Shown here: positions 9,747-19,920 of the stretch, one piece after another
Layout: each line of letters starts with the position of its first letter
Position numbering within the stretch: position 1 is the first letter of the stretch
Source: Planctomycetota bacterium
GTDB lineage: Bacteria > Planctomycetota > JAJSAM01 > JAJVHW01
DNA length: 64,000 bases
Reading direction: 5' to 3'
Assembly (NCBI GenBank): GCA_965248445.1
Contig: CBDFJG010000003.1
Coordinates: forward strand, 1,747,468 to 1,811,467
The notes under the pieces: model-generated
Told to the model about the DNA's origin: nothing
The model's input: only the letters and a program-made list of their open reading frames with translations
Database searches by the model: none
Made by a program: the position numbers and the translations under genes

Positions 9747-10448
9747 CTACTGCGGGTTCGTGGCCCAGAGCGTGGCGTCGGTCACGAAGCCGCGGTCGTG
9801 CAGTGCGAGCAGTTCCACGATCACGTGCGCGACGTCCTCGGAGTGGAGCTTGCTCGGGTTGTCGGGGCGGGGATTGTCGCCTGTGCGACCGAACTCGGTG
9901 ATGACCTCGCTCGGGTTGACCTGCATGACCCGGACGTCCTGCTTGCGGAGTTCCGCCCGCCAACACTCCGTCAACGCCGACAGTGCGAACTTGCTGGCTG
10001 CGTATGCGGTGCCCCCCGGGAAGCCCTTGTTGGCCGCCGTGGAGCCGATGTTGACGATGCTCCCGCCGCCGTGGGCCACGAAGTGCTGCGCCGACTCGCG
10101 CGCGACCAGCATCGCGCCGACCACGTTCACCCGCAGCACCTCCGCCATCCGGTCCGGATCGCAGTCGAGGAGCGGCGCGAAGTAGCCGATCGCAGCGTTG
10201 TTGATCAGGACGTTGTATCCGCCGAGTTGCTCGACGGTCGCGGCGACGAGTCGCTGCACGTCGCCGAGGTCGCTCACGTCCGCTTGGATCGCGGCGACTC
10301 CGAACTCCGAGGCGGCGGCATGCAGCGGCCCCTGGCGTCGTCCGCACACCGCTACCTTGGCTCCGCGGTCGGCGAGCAGCCGCGCCGTGGCGAGTCCGAT
10401 GCCGGTCCCGCCGCCGGTCACCAGTACCTTCGCGTCGTTGATCTCCAT
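9747..10448 (-). CDS. Short-chain dehydrogenase/reductase
   Basis: TGGGTGIG, NNA, YAASK. Confidence 0.93.
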   Translation of the reverse strand: MEINDAKVLVTGGGTGIGLATARLLADRGAKVAVCGRRQGPLHAAASEFGVAAIQADVSDLGDVQRLVAATVEQLGGYNVLINNAAIGYFAPLLDCDPDRMAEVLRVNVVGAMLVARESAQHFVAHGGGSIVNIGSTAANKGFPGGTAYAASKFALSALTECWRAELRKQDVRVMQVNPSEVITEFGRTGDNPRPDNPSKLHSEDVAHVIVELLALHDRGFVTDATLWATNPQ

Positions 10449-10590
10449 CGCCCCTCCTACGTCGGCCGCATTGCGGCCGTTGACACTGGCCCGGGTCCAC
10501 AGAAGTGGAACACAATGCCGGTGAGAGGGGGGTGAGATGAAGCGTCGGCTCCTACGTGGCGTGCGATCAGCGTGAAGTAGACGGCTCCAG

Positions 10591-12211
10591 CTACTTCGCC
10601 TGCCGGTCGTCCATGTTGCGGGCGTCCGCGACGAGCTTCAGGAACTCGGCGCGGTAGCCGTGCTCGTCCGTCCCCATGGCGCCCTGTGCCATCTCGCGGA
10701 CGGAGTCGTATGTGGCGCTGCCACTGTGTCCGCTGCCGCGCAGCACCATGCCGAACGAGGCGACCGACGCTGCGAAGCGGAAGTCGGCAGACGCCGACTG
10801 CCACGCGTTGCCGGGATCCTGCACGGCGTAGCTGAGGAGCTTGCTGGTCGCGCCCTGGGGGTCCTTGTAGCGCAGCTTCACGGTCATCAACTCGCCGGTG
10901 CCGGATGCGCGTGTCGGGTGGCGGCCGGTCTGGTACTTGAGGGGGTCAACCTCGGGATCGATCGTGTTCGCGCCGGGAGGGACGATCTCGTAGAGCGCGG
11001 TCACCGAGTGGCCGGCGCCAATCTCGCCCGCGTCCTTCTTGTCGTCGTTGAAGTCGCGCGCGGCCAGCATCCGATTCTCGTATCCGATCAGCCGGTACGC
11101 GGCGACGTGCGATGGGTTGAACTCAACCTGGATCTTCACGTCCTTGGCGACCGTCACGAGCGTGCCGCCGGCCTCCTGGACGAGCACCTTGCGGGCCTCG
11201 GCGAGCGAGTCGATGTACGCGTAGTTGCCGTTGCCCTTGTCGGCCAGCTTCTCCATCGTGGAGGTCCTTGACGTTCCCCGTGCCGAAGCCGAGGACGGTC
11301 AGGAAGATCCCGCTCTCCCGCTCCTTCTCGATCAGCCGTACGAGTTCTCCCTGATTCGTGGTGCCGACGTTGAAATCGCCGTCCGTGGCCAGGATCACGC
11401 GGTTGATGCCGTCGGACTGGAAGCCCTCGCGGGCCAGCGCGTACGCACGCTGGATGCCCTCGCCGCCGTTGGTCGAGCCGCCGGCGTTCAGCGCCTCGAG
11501 GGCGTCGCGGAGGCGTGTCTTCTCGACGCCCTCGGCGTTCTCGAGCACGACACCCGCGGCGCCCGCGTAGACCACGATCGAGATGCGGTCCTCGGGGCGG
11601 AGGTTGTCCACGAGCAGCGGCAGCGCCTTCTTGAGCAAGGGGAGCTTGGCGCTGCTCGCCATCGAGCCGGAGACGTCGAGAAGGAACACGAGATTGCGGG
11701 GCGGCACGTTTTCGTCACTGATGTGGCGTGCCTGCAGTCCGATGCGCGCTAGACGGTGTGCGGGCTCCCACGGGCAGGCCGCGGCCTCGGTCGTGACCGC
11801 GAACGGCGCAGAGCCGTCCGGTTCCGCGTAGGCGTAGCTGAAGTAGTTGACCATCTCCTCGATGCGCACGGCGTCGGGGGGCGGTAGCGCGCCGTCGTGG
11901 AGGAAGCGGCGCACGTTCGCGTAGGAGGCCGTGTCGACGTCGATCGAGAACGTGGAGAGCGGCTTGTCGAGGGGGGAGTGGAACGGGTTCTCGTCGATCT
12001 TGTCGTATGCCTCGGTGTTCATCGCCCGGTCGACGTCCTGGACGCCGGCGATCATCCCGGGCTGGTGCGCAGTCGCGTACTTGAGCGACATGCGGGCGAC
12101 GGGCGGGGAAGCTGCGGGGGCACCCGCACCGGCATCGGTTCCGGATCCACATCCGGGTACGGCGACGGCGGCGAGCGTGACAGCGGCGAGAACGCGGGCG
12201 GCGACGTGCAT
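10591..12211 (-). pseudogene. YfbK-like VWA-domain lipoprotein, apparent +1 frameshift near 11263
   Basis: STFSIDVDTASY, DVSGSM MIDAS, TDGDFNVG; GNVKD then STMEKLADKGNGNY continues in another frame (one extra base). Confidence 0.85.
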
Positions 12212-12373
12212 CGTGGTTCCTCCTACACGGAGTTAGATGCGCGAGGTCACCGCTCGTTCACGGGAAAACCGCCGTTCGTACACACATGTCGACTGCGCAC
12301 GCCCGAGACGTGCTCAGCGGTCGGGCGCGTGGACCGTAGAATCCGCCTTCCGGCCGCTCAGGAGGCGCCGCGC

Positions 12374-12736
12374 ATGCCGAAGCTGATCATCGAGACGCCC
12401 GACGAAGACCCCATCGCCCACGATCTGGTCGGCCCGGTGACGCTCGGGCGCAGCGCCGAGGCCGACATCACCGTCTTGGACCGCAAGATGTCGCGCGAGC
12501 ACTGCGGCTTCCAGTCGCACCTCGGAATGTGGCAGGTGCAGGACCTCGACTCGAGCAACGGCACGCGCGTCAACGGCGTCGTCTGCAAGAAGCGGATGCT
12601 CGAGAACGGCGACCGGATCGCCGTGGGCACGACCAAGATCCGCTACGAGACCGAGGAGGTCCGGAAGAAGGCGCCGGTCCTCCAGCGCCGGGAGTCCGCG
12701 CGCGACCGTCTGAAGTCCCGGCGCAAGCGCGGGTAA
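12374..12736 (+). CDS. FHA-domain protein
   Basis: LGRS...MSREH...DLDSSNGTRVNG; AGGAGG RBS. Confidence 0.92.
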   Translation: MPKLIIETPDEDPIAHDLVGPVTLGRSAEADITVLDRKMSREHCGFQSHLGMWQVQDLDSSNGTRVNGVVCKKRMLENGDRIAVGTTKIRYETEEVRKKAPVLQRRESARDRLKSRRKRG

Positions 12737-12741
12737 CTACG

Positions 12742-13221
12742 TCAGTCCGCGAGTTGGTCGTCGGCGAGCCACTCGCGCAGGAAGGCGAGATCGGCGAGCG
12801 CCGTCTCCGAGTCCTCGGGAAGGACGGTCATCGAGACCACCTCGCCGGCGGGGTCGAGCCACACCAGCGTCGGGAAGTTGACGACCCCGTACTGCTCGAC
12901 GAGCGCGGGTTCGTCGTCCTTCTCGAGGTAGACCGCCTCGATCTCCGGCGCGAGGGCTGCCTGCACTCTTCCGTCGGCGAGAGTCGCACGGACCCTCCGG
13001 CGGTTGTTCTCTCACCAGTCCGCGGCGAACAGCAGCATCGCAGCGCGCTCGTCTGCCCGCACGGCCTCGTACGCTGGAGCGCCCTGCGGCATCCAGTCGC
13101 GAACCTCGAGCGACGCGGGTGTGTCGGCGGCCGGCGGCGGGGCCACGCGCTCGATCTCGGCTTCCCACGCGACGGCGAGGACGGCCCCCAGGGCGAGCGC
13201 GAGCAACGGTATGGCGGCCAT
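12742..13221 (-). CDS. Secreted thioredoxin-fold protein, candidate selenoprotein (TGA 13014-13012)
   Basis: Two same-frame ORFs join as LLFAADW-U-ENN...LVEQYGVVNFPTLVWLDPAGE; TGA is at the Trx catalytic Cys position; SECIS-like hairpin follows. Confidence 0.75.
12979..12997 (-). promoter_or_regulatory. Bacterial SECIS-like hairpin
   Basis: GAGGGTC-CGTGC-GACTCTC, 7-bp stem, loop starts 22 nt after UGA and has G at position 2. Confidence 0.65.
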
Positions 13222-13269
13222 GTGTCTCACAAGTGGGCATCCTACCGCCCGGAGTAGCCTGCCCCGCTC

Positions 13270-14220
13270 GTGTTCACGGAACTGCTGGGCGAGTTGGCCG
13301 CGTTGGGGACGGCCGTTTCGTGGGCTGCGTCGACGATCTTCTTCGGCATCGCGACGCGGCGCGCGAGTGCGCCCGTCGTCAACCTCGTGCGGATCCTCAT
13401 GGCGGCGGCTCTCGCCGTCGCGCTCGCTCTCCTCATGGGCGGGGCGTGGCCCACGGGCGGTCAGAGCGTTGCGCTGGTGCTGTCGGGCGTGCTCGGACTG
13501 GCCGTCGGGGATGCGGCGTGGTTCCGCTCGCTGCACATCCTGGGAGCGCGGCGCTCGTCGGTCCTCGGTGCGCTGTGGCCGGGGGTCGCCGCGCTCTTGG
13601 CCGGCCCTCTCCTAGGCGAGGCTCTGGACGAAGTCGTTCTGCTGGGACTCTGCTTGACGATCGGTGGCGTTGCATGGGTGCAACTCGAGCGCTCGGACGA
13701 CGGCGAGGTCGAAGGCAGCATGACACGCGGCCTGGTCTGGGGCGTCGCTGCCATTGTCTGCCAGGCGCTCGGTTACGTCTTGGCGAAGGTGGGACTCGGC
13801 ACAGCACCGGACGGCGCCTGGCTGTCGGAAGTGCTCGGCGTCTCGTCGGCGCTGCGCGTCGACTCGATGTCCGCGACGGCCGTCCGCACGCTCGCCGCCG
13901 CCGTTGGCATCGGCGCACTGGCAGTTGTCATGCGCGGTCCGGCGGGTCTCTCTCGTGCGCTACGCGACCGCGGATTCTTGCGCAGCACCACCGGCGGCGT
14001 CGTGTTCGGTGCCGTGCTCGGCGTGTGGCTGTCGATGGTCGCGCTCGAATACACCACCACGGCGATCGCGGGGGCGATCATCGGCACCTCGCCGATCTTC
14101 GTGATCCCGATGGTGCGGTTCGTCCACGGGTACAAGCCGTCCTGGAGGGCGTGGGCGGGCGCGATCGTCGCCGCGTTCGGCATCGCCGTTCTCTCTCTAG
14201 GCGAGTGGCTCGGCTCGTGA
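13270..14220 (+). CDS. DMT/EamA-family transporter
   Basis: About 10 TM segments, SGVLGLAVGD motif, two-repeat layout. Confidence 0.9.
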   Translation: MFTELLGELAALGTAVSWAASTIFFGIATRRASAPVVNLVRILMAAALAVALALLMGGAWPTGGQSVALVLSGVLGLAVGDAAWFRSLHILGARRSSVLGALWPGVAALLAGPLLGEALDEVVLLGLCLTIGGVAWVQLERSDDGEVEGSMTRGLVWGVAAIVCQALGYVLAKVGLGTAPDGAWLSEVLGVSSALRVDSMSATAVRTLAAAVGIGALAVVMRGPAGLSRALRDRGFLRSTTGGVVFGAVLGVWLSMVALEYTTTAIAGAIIGTSPIFVIPMVRFVHGYKPSWRAWAGAIVAAFGIAVLSLGEWLGS

Positions 14221-14306
14221 TGAGGCCGGTGTGCATCGCCGGCGGGGATCCGCTCCCGGGGAGTTATGCTCTGCGGACCTTACTCGCGACTCGAAGGGGG
14301 TGCGTG

Positions 14307-14915
14307 ATGCAACGCTCGTTGTTCGCTGTGATGCTCTGCGCCGGCCTGGCGCTGGGAGTGCCCGCAGTCGCCGTGGGCGGCGGATCCATGGGAATCAAGT
14401 CCGGCAAGTTCAAGGTCGTCGGCGACGCGCAGGGACCGAGCCAAACCCGCGGCAAGGTGACGCTCACCGGCCTGGACTGTCAGGAGGGCGACGTCGTCTC
14501 GTGGGAACTTGTCGCCACCAACACGCTGATGTTCGGCGACGTGACCAACATGCCCGGAGGCGTCCCCGACGGTCTGCAGCTGCTCCGCAAGGGCAAGAAG
14601 CTCAAGGCGAAGCGCGGCGGCCTCGTCGGCTTCGCGGTTGCGAAGGCGACCTACAACCTGAAGAAGCAGAAGCTCACGCTCGTGTTCAAGAAGGGGCCCG
14701 GGATGTTGCCCCCGAGCCTTCCCTCCGGACAGCCCCAGCCGGGCAAACCGCAGACGACGACGCGCGACATGACCGTGCGCCTGCACATATTGCGCAGCGG
14801 TGAGCCGATCATCACGTGCACCGCCGTGGTGCCGTGGAACCTGAAAGCCGTCGCCACCCGACGTGGCCGCGCGATAGTCAGCGGGAAGGCCGCCCCCTCG
14901 CAGCTAGTCGAATAG
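14307..14915 (+). CDS. Secreted basic hypothetical protein
   Basis: Signal peptide MQRSLFAVMLCAGLALGVPAVA; GAAGGGGG RBS. Confidence 0.7.
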   Translation: MQRSLFAVMLCAGLALGVPAVAVGGGSMGIKSGKFKVVGDAQGPSQTRGKVTLTGLDCQEGDVVSWELVATNTLMFGDVTNMPGGVPDGLQLLRKGKKLKAKRGGLVGFAVAKATYNLKKQKLTLVFKKGPGMLPPSLPSGQPQPGKPQTTTRDMTVRLHILRSGEPIITCTAVVPWNLKAVATRRGRAIVSGKAAPSQLVE

Positions 14916-15833
14916 TCCCTTAGTCGACAAGTAGCGCTGCCCGGTATCCGCGACCAGGCACACGATCAGCCGGCCCGCGAACTCGTCGCGACCGGCCAGC
15001 TCTCGCGCCGCCCACGCGGTCGCGCCACTCGAGATTCCGGTCAGGATGCCCTCGGTCCATCCGAGTTCGCGCACCGTCTCCCACGCAGTGTCCGACGGCA
15101 CGTCGACGATCTCGTCGATCAGGTCCGCGTCGTAGTTCTGCGGAGTGAACCCCGGTACGACGCCCGGGATGCGGTGGGCCGTGAACTCGCCGGTCCGGTA
15201 GTAGGGGGACTCCGCCGGTTCGATCCCCGCGACGTGCAGATCCGCCCCCTTCGCGAGCAGCGTCCGCGCGACTCCGGTCAGCGTTCCGCATGTGCCGAGT
15301 CCGGCCACGAAAGCGCGGATCTCCCCGTCGGTCTGCCGCCACAGTTCTTCGGCCGTGCCGCGGACGTGGGAGAGAGGGTTGTCGGGGTTGTCGTGCTGGC
15401 AGATGTAGTACGCATCCGGCAGTTCTTCCTTCAACTCCAGAACGCGCGCCTTGGCGCCCTTGGTGTGGAGCGACGCCGGCGTCAGCTCGAGACGTGCGCC
15501 GAGCGCACGGAGCACCTGCTTGCGCTCGTCGCTCATGGCTTCGCTCATGCAGAGCACAAGGTCGTAGCCGAGCACCGCGCACGACATGGCGAGTCCGATG
15601 CCCGTGTTGCCGGACGTCGCCTCGAGAATCGTAGTGCGGCCGGGCGTGATCTCACCGCGCCGCTGTGCCTCGCGCAGCATGCAGAGCGCCGGGCGGTCTT
15701 TCACGCTGTACGGGTTGAACAGCTCGAGCTTGGCGAGCACCCGGCCGCGCCCGCCCTCCGGCGGCGCAAACCGGTCCAGCGCCACGAGTGGCGTGTTCCC
15801 CACGCAGTCGAGGATGCTCCCGCGAATCTCCAT
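14904..15833 (-). CDS. cysK: Cysteine synthase (PLP-dependent)
   Basis: GNTPLV, SVKDR, EATSGNTGIG, GISSGA, DTGQRYLS. Confidence 0.88.
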   Translation of the reverse strand: MEIRGSILDCVGNTPLVALDRFAPPEGGRGRVLAKLELFNPYSVKDRPALCMLREAQRRGEITPGRTTILEATSGNTGIGLAMSCAVLGYDLVLCMSEAMSDERKQVLRALGARLELTPASLHTKGAKARVLELKEELPDAYYICQHDNPDNPLSHVRGTAEELWRQTDGEIRAFVAGLGTCGTLTGVARTLLAKGADLHVAGIEPAESPYYRTGEFTAHRIPGVVPGFTPQNYDADLIDEIVDVPSDTAWETVRELGWTEGILTGISSGATAWAARELAGRDEFAGRLIVCLVADTGQRYLSTKGLFD

Positions 15834-15956
15834 GCCGAGTGCCTCCGTGATTCGCCCGGTGGGGCGCCGATGGTGTCAGAAATCCCTGCCACTCACGCGC
15901 AGGCTCAACTTCCGCGTGTTCTCTTCCTATGCTGGAGAGGGAGAACGGTCGATAAC

Positions 15957-18900
15957 GTGACTACGGTGACAGGCTCGTCCGTAGGCTTCTTCAGGCTCGA
16001 AGCCGAGTTGGGCTCTGGCGGTATGGGCGTCGTGTATCGCGCGACGCCGGAACAGGATACCGCCGGGGTTGCAGCCGGCACGCGTGTAGCGCTCAAGGTG
16101 CTACACCCGCACCTGATTCGATCCGACATCATGCGCGCGCGCTTTGCGCGCGAGTGCGAGATCGGACAGGGCATCGTCCATCCCAACGTCGTCCGCATGT
16201 TCGGATCGGGTGAGAACGACGGCTTCCACTACATCGTGATGGAGTACGTCGAGGGGCAGACGCTGCGCGACCTCATCGTCGAGTTGCAGGTCGTGCCCGA
16301 GGAACTCTGCCGGCACATCGCGTGCGAAGTTGCCGCCGGCGTCGCCGCGATTCACGAGGCCGGGGCGGTGCATCGCGACATCAAGCCCGAGAACGTCCTG
16401 ATCACACCGGATCACCAGGTGCGGCTCATGGACCTCGGCGTGGCGCGGTTGGTCGACGAGACCACGCGTCTCTCGCTGACTGGGAGCTTCGTGGGGTCGG
16501 TCCAGTACGCGGCGCCGGAGCAGTTTCGAGGAGGCGACGAGATCGTGGACCCGCGCGTGGATCAGCACGCGATGGGCGTGCTGTTCTACGAGATGGCGTG
16601 TGGTCGCAACCCGTTCCTCGATACCGACGTCTCCTCGACGATGCGCCGCGTGCTCCTCGAGACACCGGCACAGCTGCGTGATGTGAACCGAGCCGTGAGC
16701 CCGTTCCTCTCGGAGGTCGTGAGGGTCCTGATCGCGAAGAAGTGTGAGGACCGGTTCGCCTCGATCCAGGTCGTTCACGAATTGCTGACGGAGGCCGAGG
16801 AGTCCATCTGGTGGCAGGAGCGCGAGAGCCGGGTCGAGGGCCTCGACTCGACCCAGACGATCTTCTTCCAGGCACCGGTCGAGACCGCGCTCTACGGGCG
16901 CGACGACGAGCTCGCCAAGATGCAGGCGCTCTACGAGCACGCGCGCGAGGGCGACGGACAGGTGGCGTTGCTCCTCGGCGAGACCGGCATCGGCAAGACG
17001 CGGCTCGCGGAGGAGGTCGTGAACCGGGTCCGCCAGAGCGGCGAGGAGGTGAACTTCCTCTACGGCGGTTTCCTCCCGGGCGGCGCCCGTGATGCCGGCG
17101 CGGGATTCGCCTCCGCGTTCCGCGAGCACCTCGGCCCCGCCGGGAGCGCGCCGTATCTCACCGAGACACCACGGCTCGCGCCCGCGTTCGACGCGTTGCT
17201 GCATGGCGACCGGCCGCCCGACGGCCAGGAGCTCCTGACCACGGCGTCGATCCAGACCTGCTTCGTGCACGTGGCCCGCAGCCTGGCGGCGGAGCGCCCG
17301 ACCGTAATCGTGGTGGACGACCTCGATCTCGCCGGCGACGACTCGTTGCGACTCTTCACCTCGCTCGCGCTCGCCGTCTCGCGCCATCGACTGCTACTGA
17401 TCGGCGCCTTGCGTCGGCGAGTTGACACCGTCTGGCTCTCCGAGACCTCCGCGCACCCGCACGTCACGACCGTGCCACTCGGCCGTCTCGGTCCGCGCAG
17501 TTTGACGGACCTGCTTTCCGACTACCTGCAGTCGCCGGCCCTGGCCGCGACACTCGGCGTGCCGATCGCGATGCGGTCGGAGGGCAACCCGCACTTCGTC
17601 TTCGAAATCCTCCGCGGGCTGGAGGAGTCGCGTGTGCTCACACGGGACGACGACGGTGTCTGGCGCACCACGGGCGACACCGGTGACATCCGCATCCCGT
17701 CGAGTCTCCGGGATCTGGTCAGCAGGCGCATTGAAGAGCTCGAGCCCGAGGACCGTGAGTTGCTCGACGCGGCGGCGTGCGCCGGCTTCCGATTGGATCC
17801 GTCGCTCGTGGCCGATGCGCTGGGAATGCCGGCGATCCGCACGCTCAAGCAGTTCGCACGGATCGAGAAGCAGCACCGCCTCGTGCGCTCGGTCGGGCGC
17901 GAGATCATGTTCGATCACGACCAGGTGCAAGTGTGCTTGCTCGACGAGTTGATGCCGCAACTGAAGGAGCTGTACCACGCGGCTCTCGGCGAGGCGCTCC
18001 AGCGGCGCATGAAGGTCGAGGACCTGGTCGACGACGAGCAGAGCGGATCGACGTACGTGCGCCTGGTCGAGCACTTCCTCTCCGGTGGGCGAGGAGACCT
18101 CGCGAAGCCCTATCTCAGCGCCGCACTCGAACACTTGGAGGGCGCCCACGCGCTCGATCGCGGCGCCGCACTTCTGACGCGCGCGCTGACCGTGGACGGG
18201 TTGCTCGAACACATGGAGCGAATTGAAGCGCTGATCCGACTGGGCGGTTGGCTCAGCAGGCTCGGCCGCGCGGAGGCTGCACTCGACCGAGCGCGCGAGG
18301 CGGAAGCGCTCGCCCGCACGCAGGACGCTCCCGACATGGTGAGCCGCGCCGCGCTGTTGGGGGGGAACACGCTGCGGCGCGCACACCGTCACGACGAGGC
18401 GCGGATCTCGCTGTCCCGCGCTGTGGAGGCCGCGCGAGAGGGTTCGGATCGCGGCGTCGAGGCCGCTGCCATGCGCGGGTTGGCGCAGACCGTCCAGTCG
18501 ATCGGCCAGCACGACGCCGCCCTGGAGCTGTTCGATCGCGATCGGCGGCTCGTGAGCGAGGTGGGGGACCCTGCTCTTCGCGGCGAGGCGATGTCGGCGC
18601 GTGCTGGCGTGCTCCTCGAACTCGGGCGTCGCGAGGCCGCGCTCGAGGAGTACCGGGACGAGCTGCGGCTCGTCAAGTCGCGCGGTGACAGCGCCGGAGA
18701 AGCCGCTGCCATGCGCAACGTGGGGCGCGTGCTCGTCGAGATGGGGCGGGTCGACGAGGCCCGCGATCACCTGGTCAAGAGCCTGACGATCTCCCGCAGC
18801 ATCGGAGACCGAGAGGGTGAACTGACCACGGTCGAACTCGTCGGCCGAGTCCACTTGCTGTTGGGCCAGTTCACCGACGCTCGCACGCACTTCGAGCGCC

Positions 18901-19766
18901 AGGCCGAACTCGCGCACGAGATCGGCTCACCTCTCGACGGCGCGGATGCGACCGGCAATCTCGGCCTCGTGTTGATGACGCAGGGGCGCGGCGACCACGC
19001 GTTCGCCACGTTCGACCGGCAGCTCGAACGGTCTCTGGAGATCGAGCACCGCGCCGGCGAAGCGCGAGCGCAGGTGCAGATCGCCTCCGCTCTGCGCGTG
19101 TTCGGCGCCGTCGACCGCGCGCATGCCCGCTTCGTGCGCGCCGTGGCCATGGTCTGTGAGCAGCACGACCGGTTGGGCGAGGGGAACGCGCTCTGCGAGT
19201 ACGGCCGCTTCCAGCTCGACCTCACGAAAAAGGACGACCAGGTCGACGGCATCGCGGTGCTGTTCGATCAGGCGATCGAGTGCCTGACCGGCGTCGAAGA
19301 TCACATCGGACTGTCCCGCGCATTGCGGTTCCGAGCGAAGGTCGCGTCGCGTAGCGGCGACGCGCAGACCGCACTTCTGTTGCTGGCACGGGCAACCGAG
19401 CACGCGCTGCGTTCGGGCGTGATCGGCGCCGACATCTTGATCGCGTGCGACATCGCAGCGATGGATGCGGCCGCGCCAGCGGGAACCGCGACGTCGCACG
19501 ACATGACGGCGCTCCTGAGCTTGCGCGAACGTGTGCGATCGATGGGCGAGCGACTCCCTCACCTCGATCGCATGGAGGCGTGTTTCCGGGCGGGCACCAT
19601 CACCGCGGACGCCGAGCTGATCGCCGAGTCCGCCGAGCTGCTCGAGTTCTTCTCCCGCCACGCCCCTGACGAACTGCGGCGCACGACGGTCACTCACGTG
19701 CCGCTCCACCGGGCGATCGCGCACGCGTCGCGGCGAGCCCGCTCCCGAGAGCGCGCCGCCCGCTGA
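15957..19766 (+). CDS. Ser/Thr kinase - P-loop ATPase - TPR protein
   Basis: LGSGGMGVVY, HRDIKPEN, DLG, APE; Walker A GETGIGKT; C-terminal helical repeats; start approximate. Confidence 0.92.
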   Translation: MTTVTGSSVGFFRLEAELGSGGMGVVYRATPEQDTAGVAAGTRVALKVLHPHLIRSDIMRARFARECEIGQGIVHPNVVRMFGSGENDGFHYIVMEYVEGQTLRDLIVELQVVPEELCRHIACEVAAGVAAIHEAGAVHRDIKPENVLITPDHQVRLMDLGVARLVDETTRLSLTGSFVGSVQYAAPEQFRGGDEIVDPRVDQHAMGVLFYEMACGRNPFLDTDVSSTMRRVLLETPAQLRDVNRAVSPFLSEVVRVLIAKKCEDRFASIQVVHELLTEAEESIWWQERESRVEGLDSTQTIFFQAPVETALYGRDDELAKMQALYEHAREGDGQVALLLGETGIGKTRLAEEVVNRVRQSGEEVNFLYGGFLPGGARDAGAGFASAFREHLGPAGSAPYLTETPRLAPAFDALLHGDRPPDGQELLTTASIQTCFVHVARSLAAERPTVIVVDDLDLAGDDSLRLFTSLALAVSRHRLLLIGALRRRVDTVWLSETSAHPHVTTVPLGRLGPRSLTDLLSDYLQSPALAATLGVPIAMRSEGNPHFVFEILRGLEESRVLTRDDDGVWRTTGDTGDIRIPSSLRDLVSRRIEELEPEDRELLDAAACAGFRLDPSLVADALGMPAIRTLKQFARIEKQHRLVRSVGREIMFDHDQVQVCLLDELMPQLKELYHAALGEALQRRMKVEDLVDDEQSGSTYVRLVEHFLSGGRGDLAKPYLSAALEHLEGAHALDRGAALLTRALTVDGLLEHMERIEALIRLGGWLSRLGRAEAALDRAREAEALARTQDAPDMVSRAALLGGNTLRRAHRHDEARISLSRAVEAAREGSDRGVEAAAMRGLAQTVQSIGQHDAALELFDRDRRLVSEVGDPALRGEAMSARAGVLLELGRREAALEEYRDELRLVKSRGDSAGEAAAMRNVGRVLVEMGRVDEARDHLVKSLTISRSIGDREGELTTVELVGRVHLLLGQFTDARTHFERQAELAHEIGSPLDGADATGNLGLVLMTQGRGDHAFATFDRQLERSLEIEHRAGEARAQVQIASALRVFGAVDRAHARFVRAVAMVCEQHDRLGEGNALCEYGRFQLDLTKKDDQVDGIAVLFDQAIECLTGVEDHIGLSRALRFRAKVASRSGDAQTALLLLARATEHALRSGVIGADILIACDIAAMDAAAPAGTATSHDMTALLSLRERVRSMGERLPHLDRMEACFRAGTITADAELIAESAELLEFFSRHAPDELRRTTVTHVPLHRAIAHASRRARSRERAAR

Positions 19767-19920
19767 GCCGCTCCGGGCGCTTTCAAGCCTGAGCCAGGCT
19801 CGATCGAGGTGCCTCCGGTCAACTTACGCAGGCTCGTCTGTCGATGGGGTGGAGGCGACCACCGTCCCGCGAGTGGGCCAGCGCCGCGAGCATCCGCACG
19901 GAGAGGAAGAGGAACGACCG

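Noticed and set aside
15174..15956. N-terminal extension of the kinase ORF
   Set aside because: Antisense to cysK
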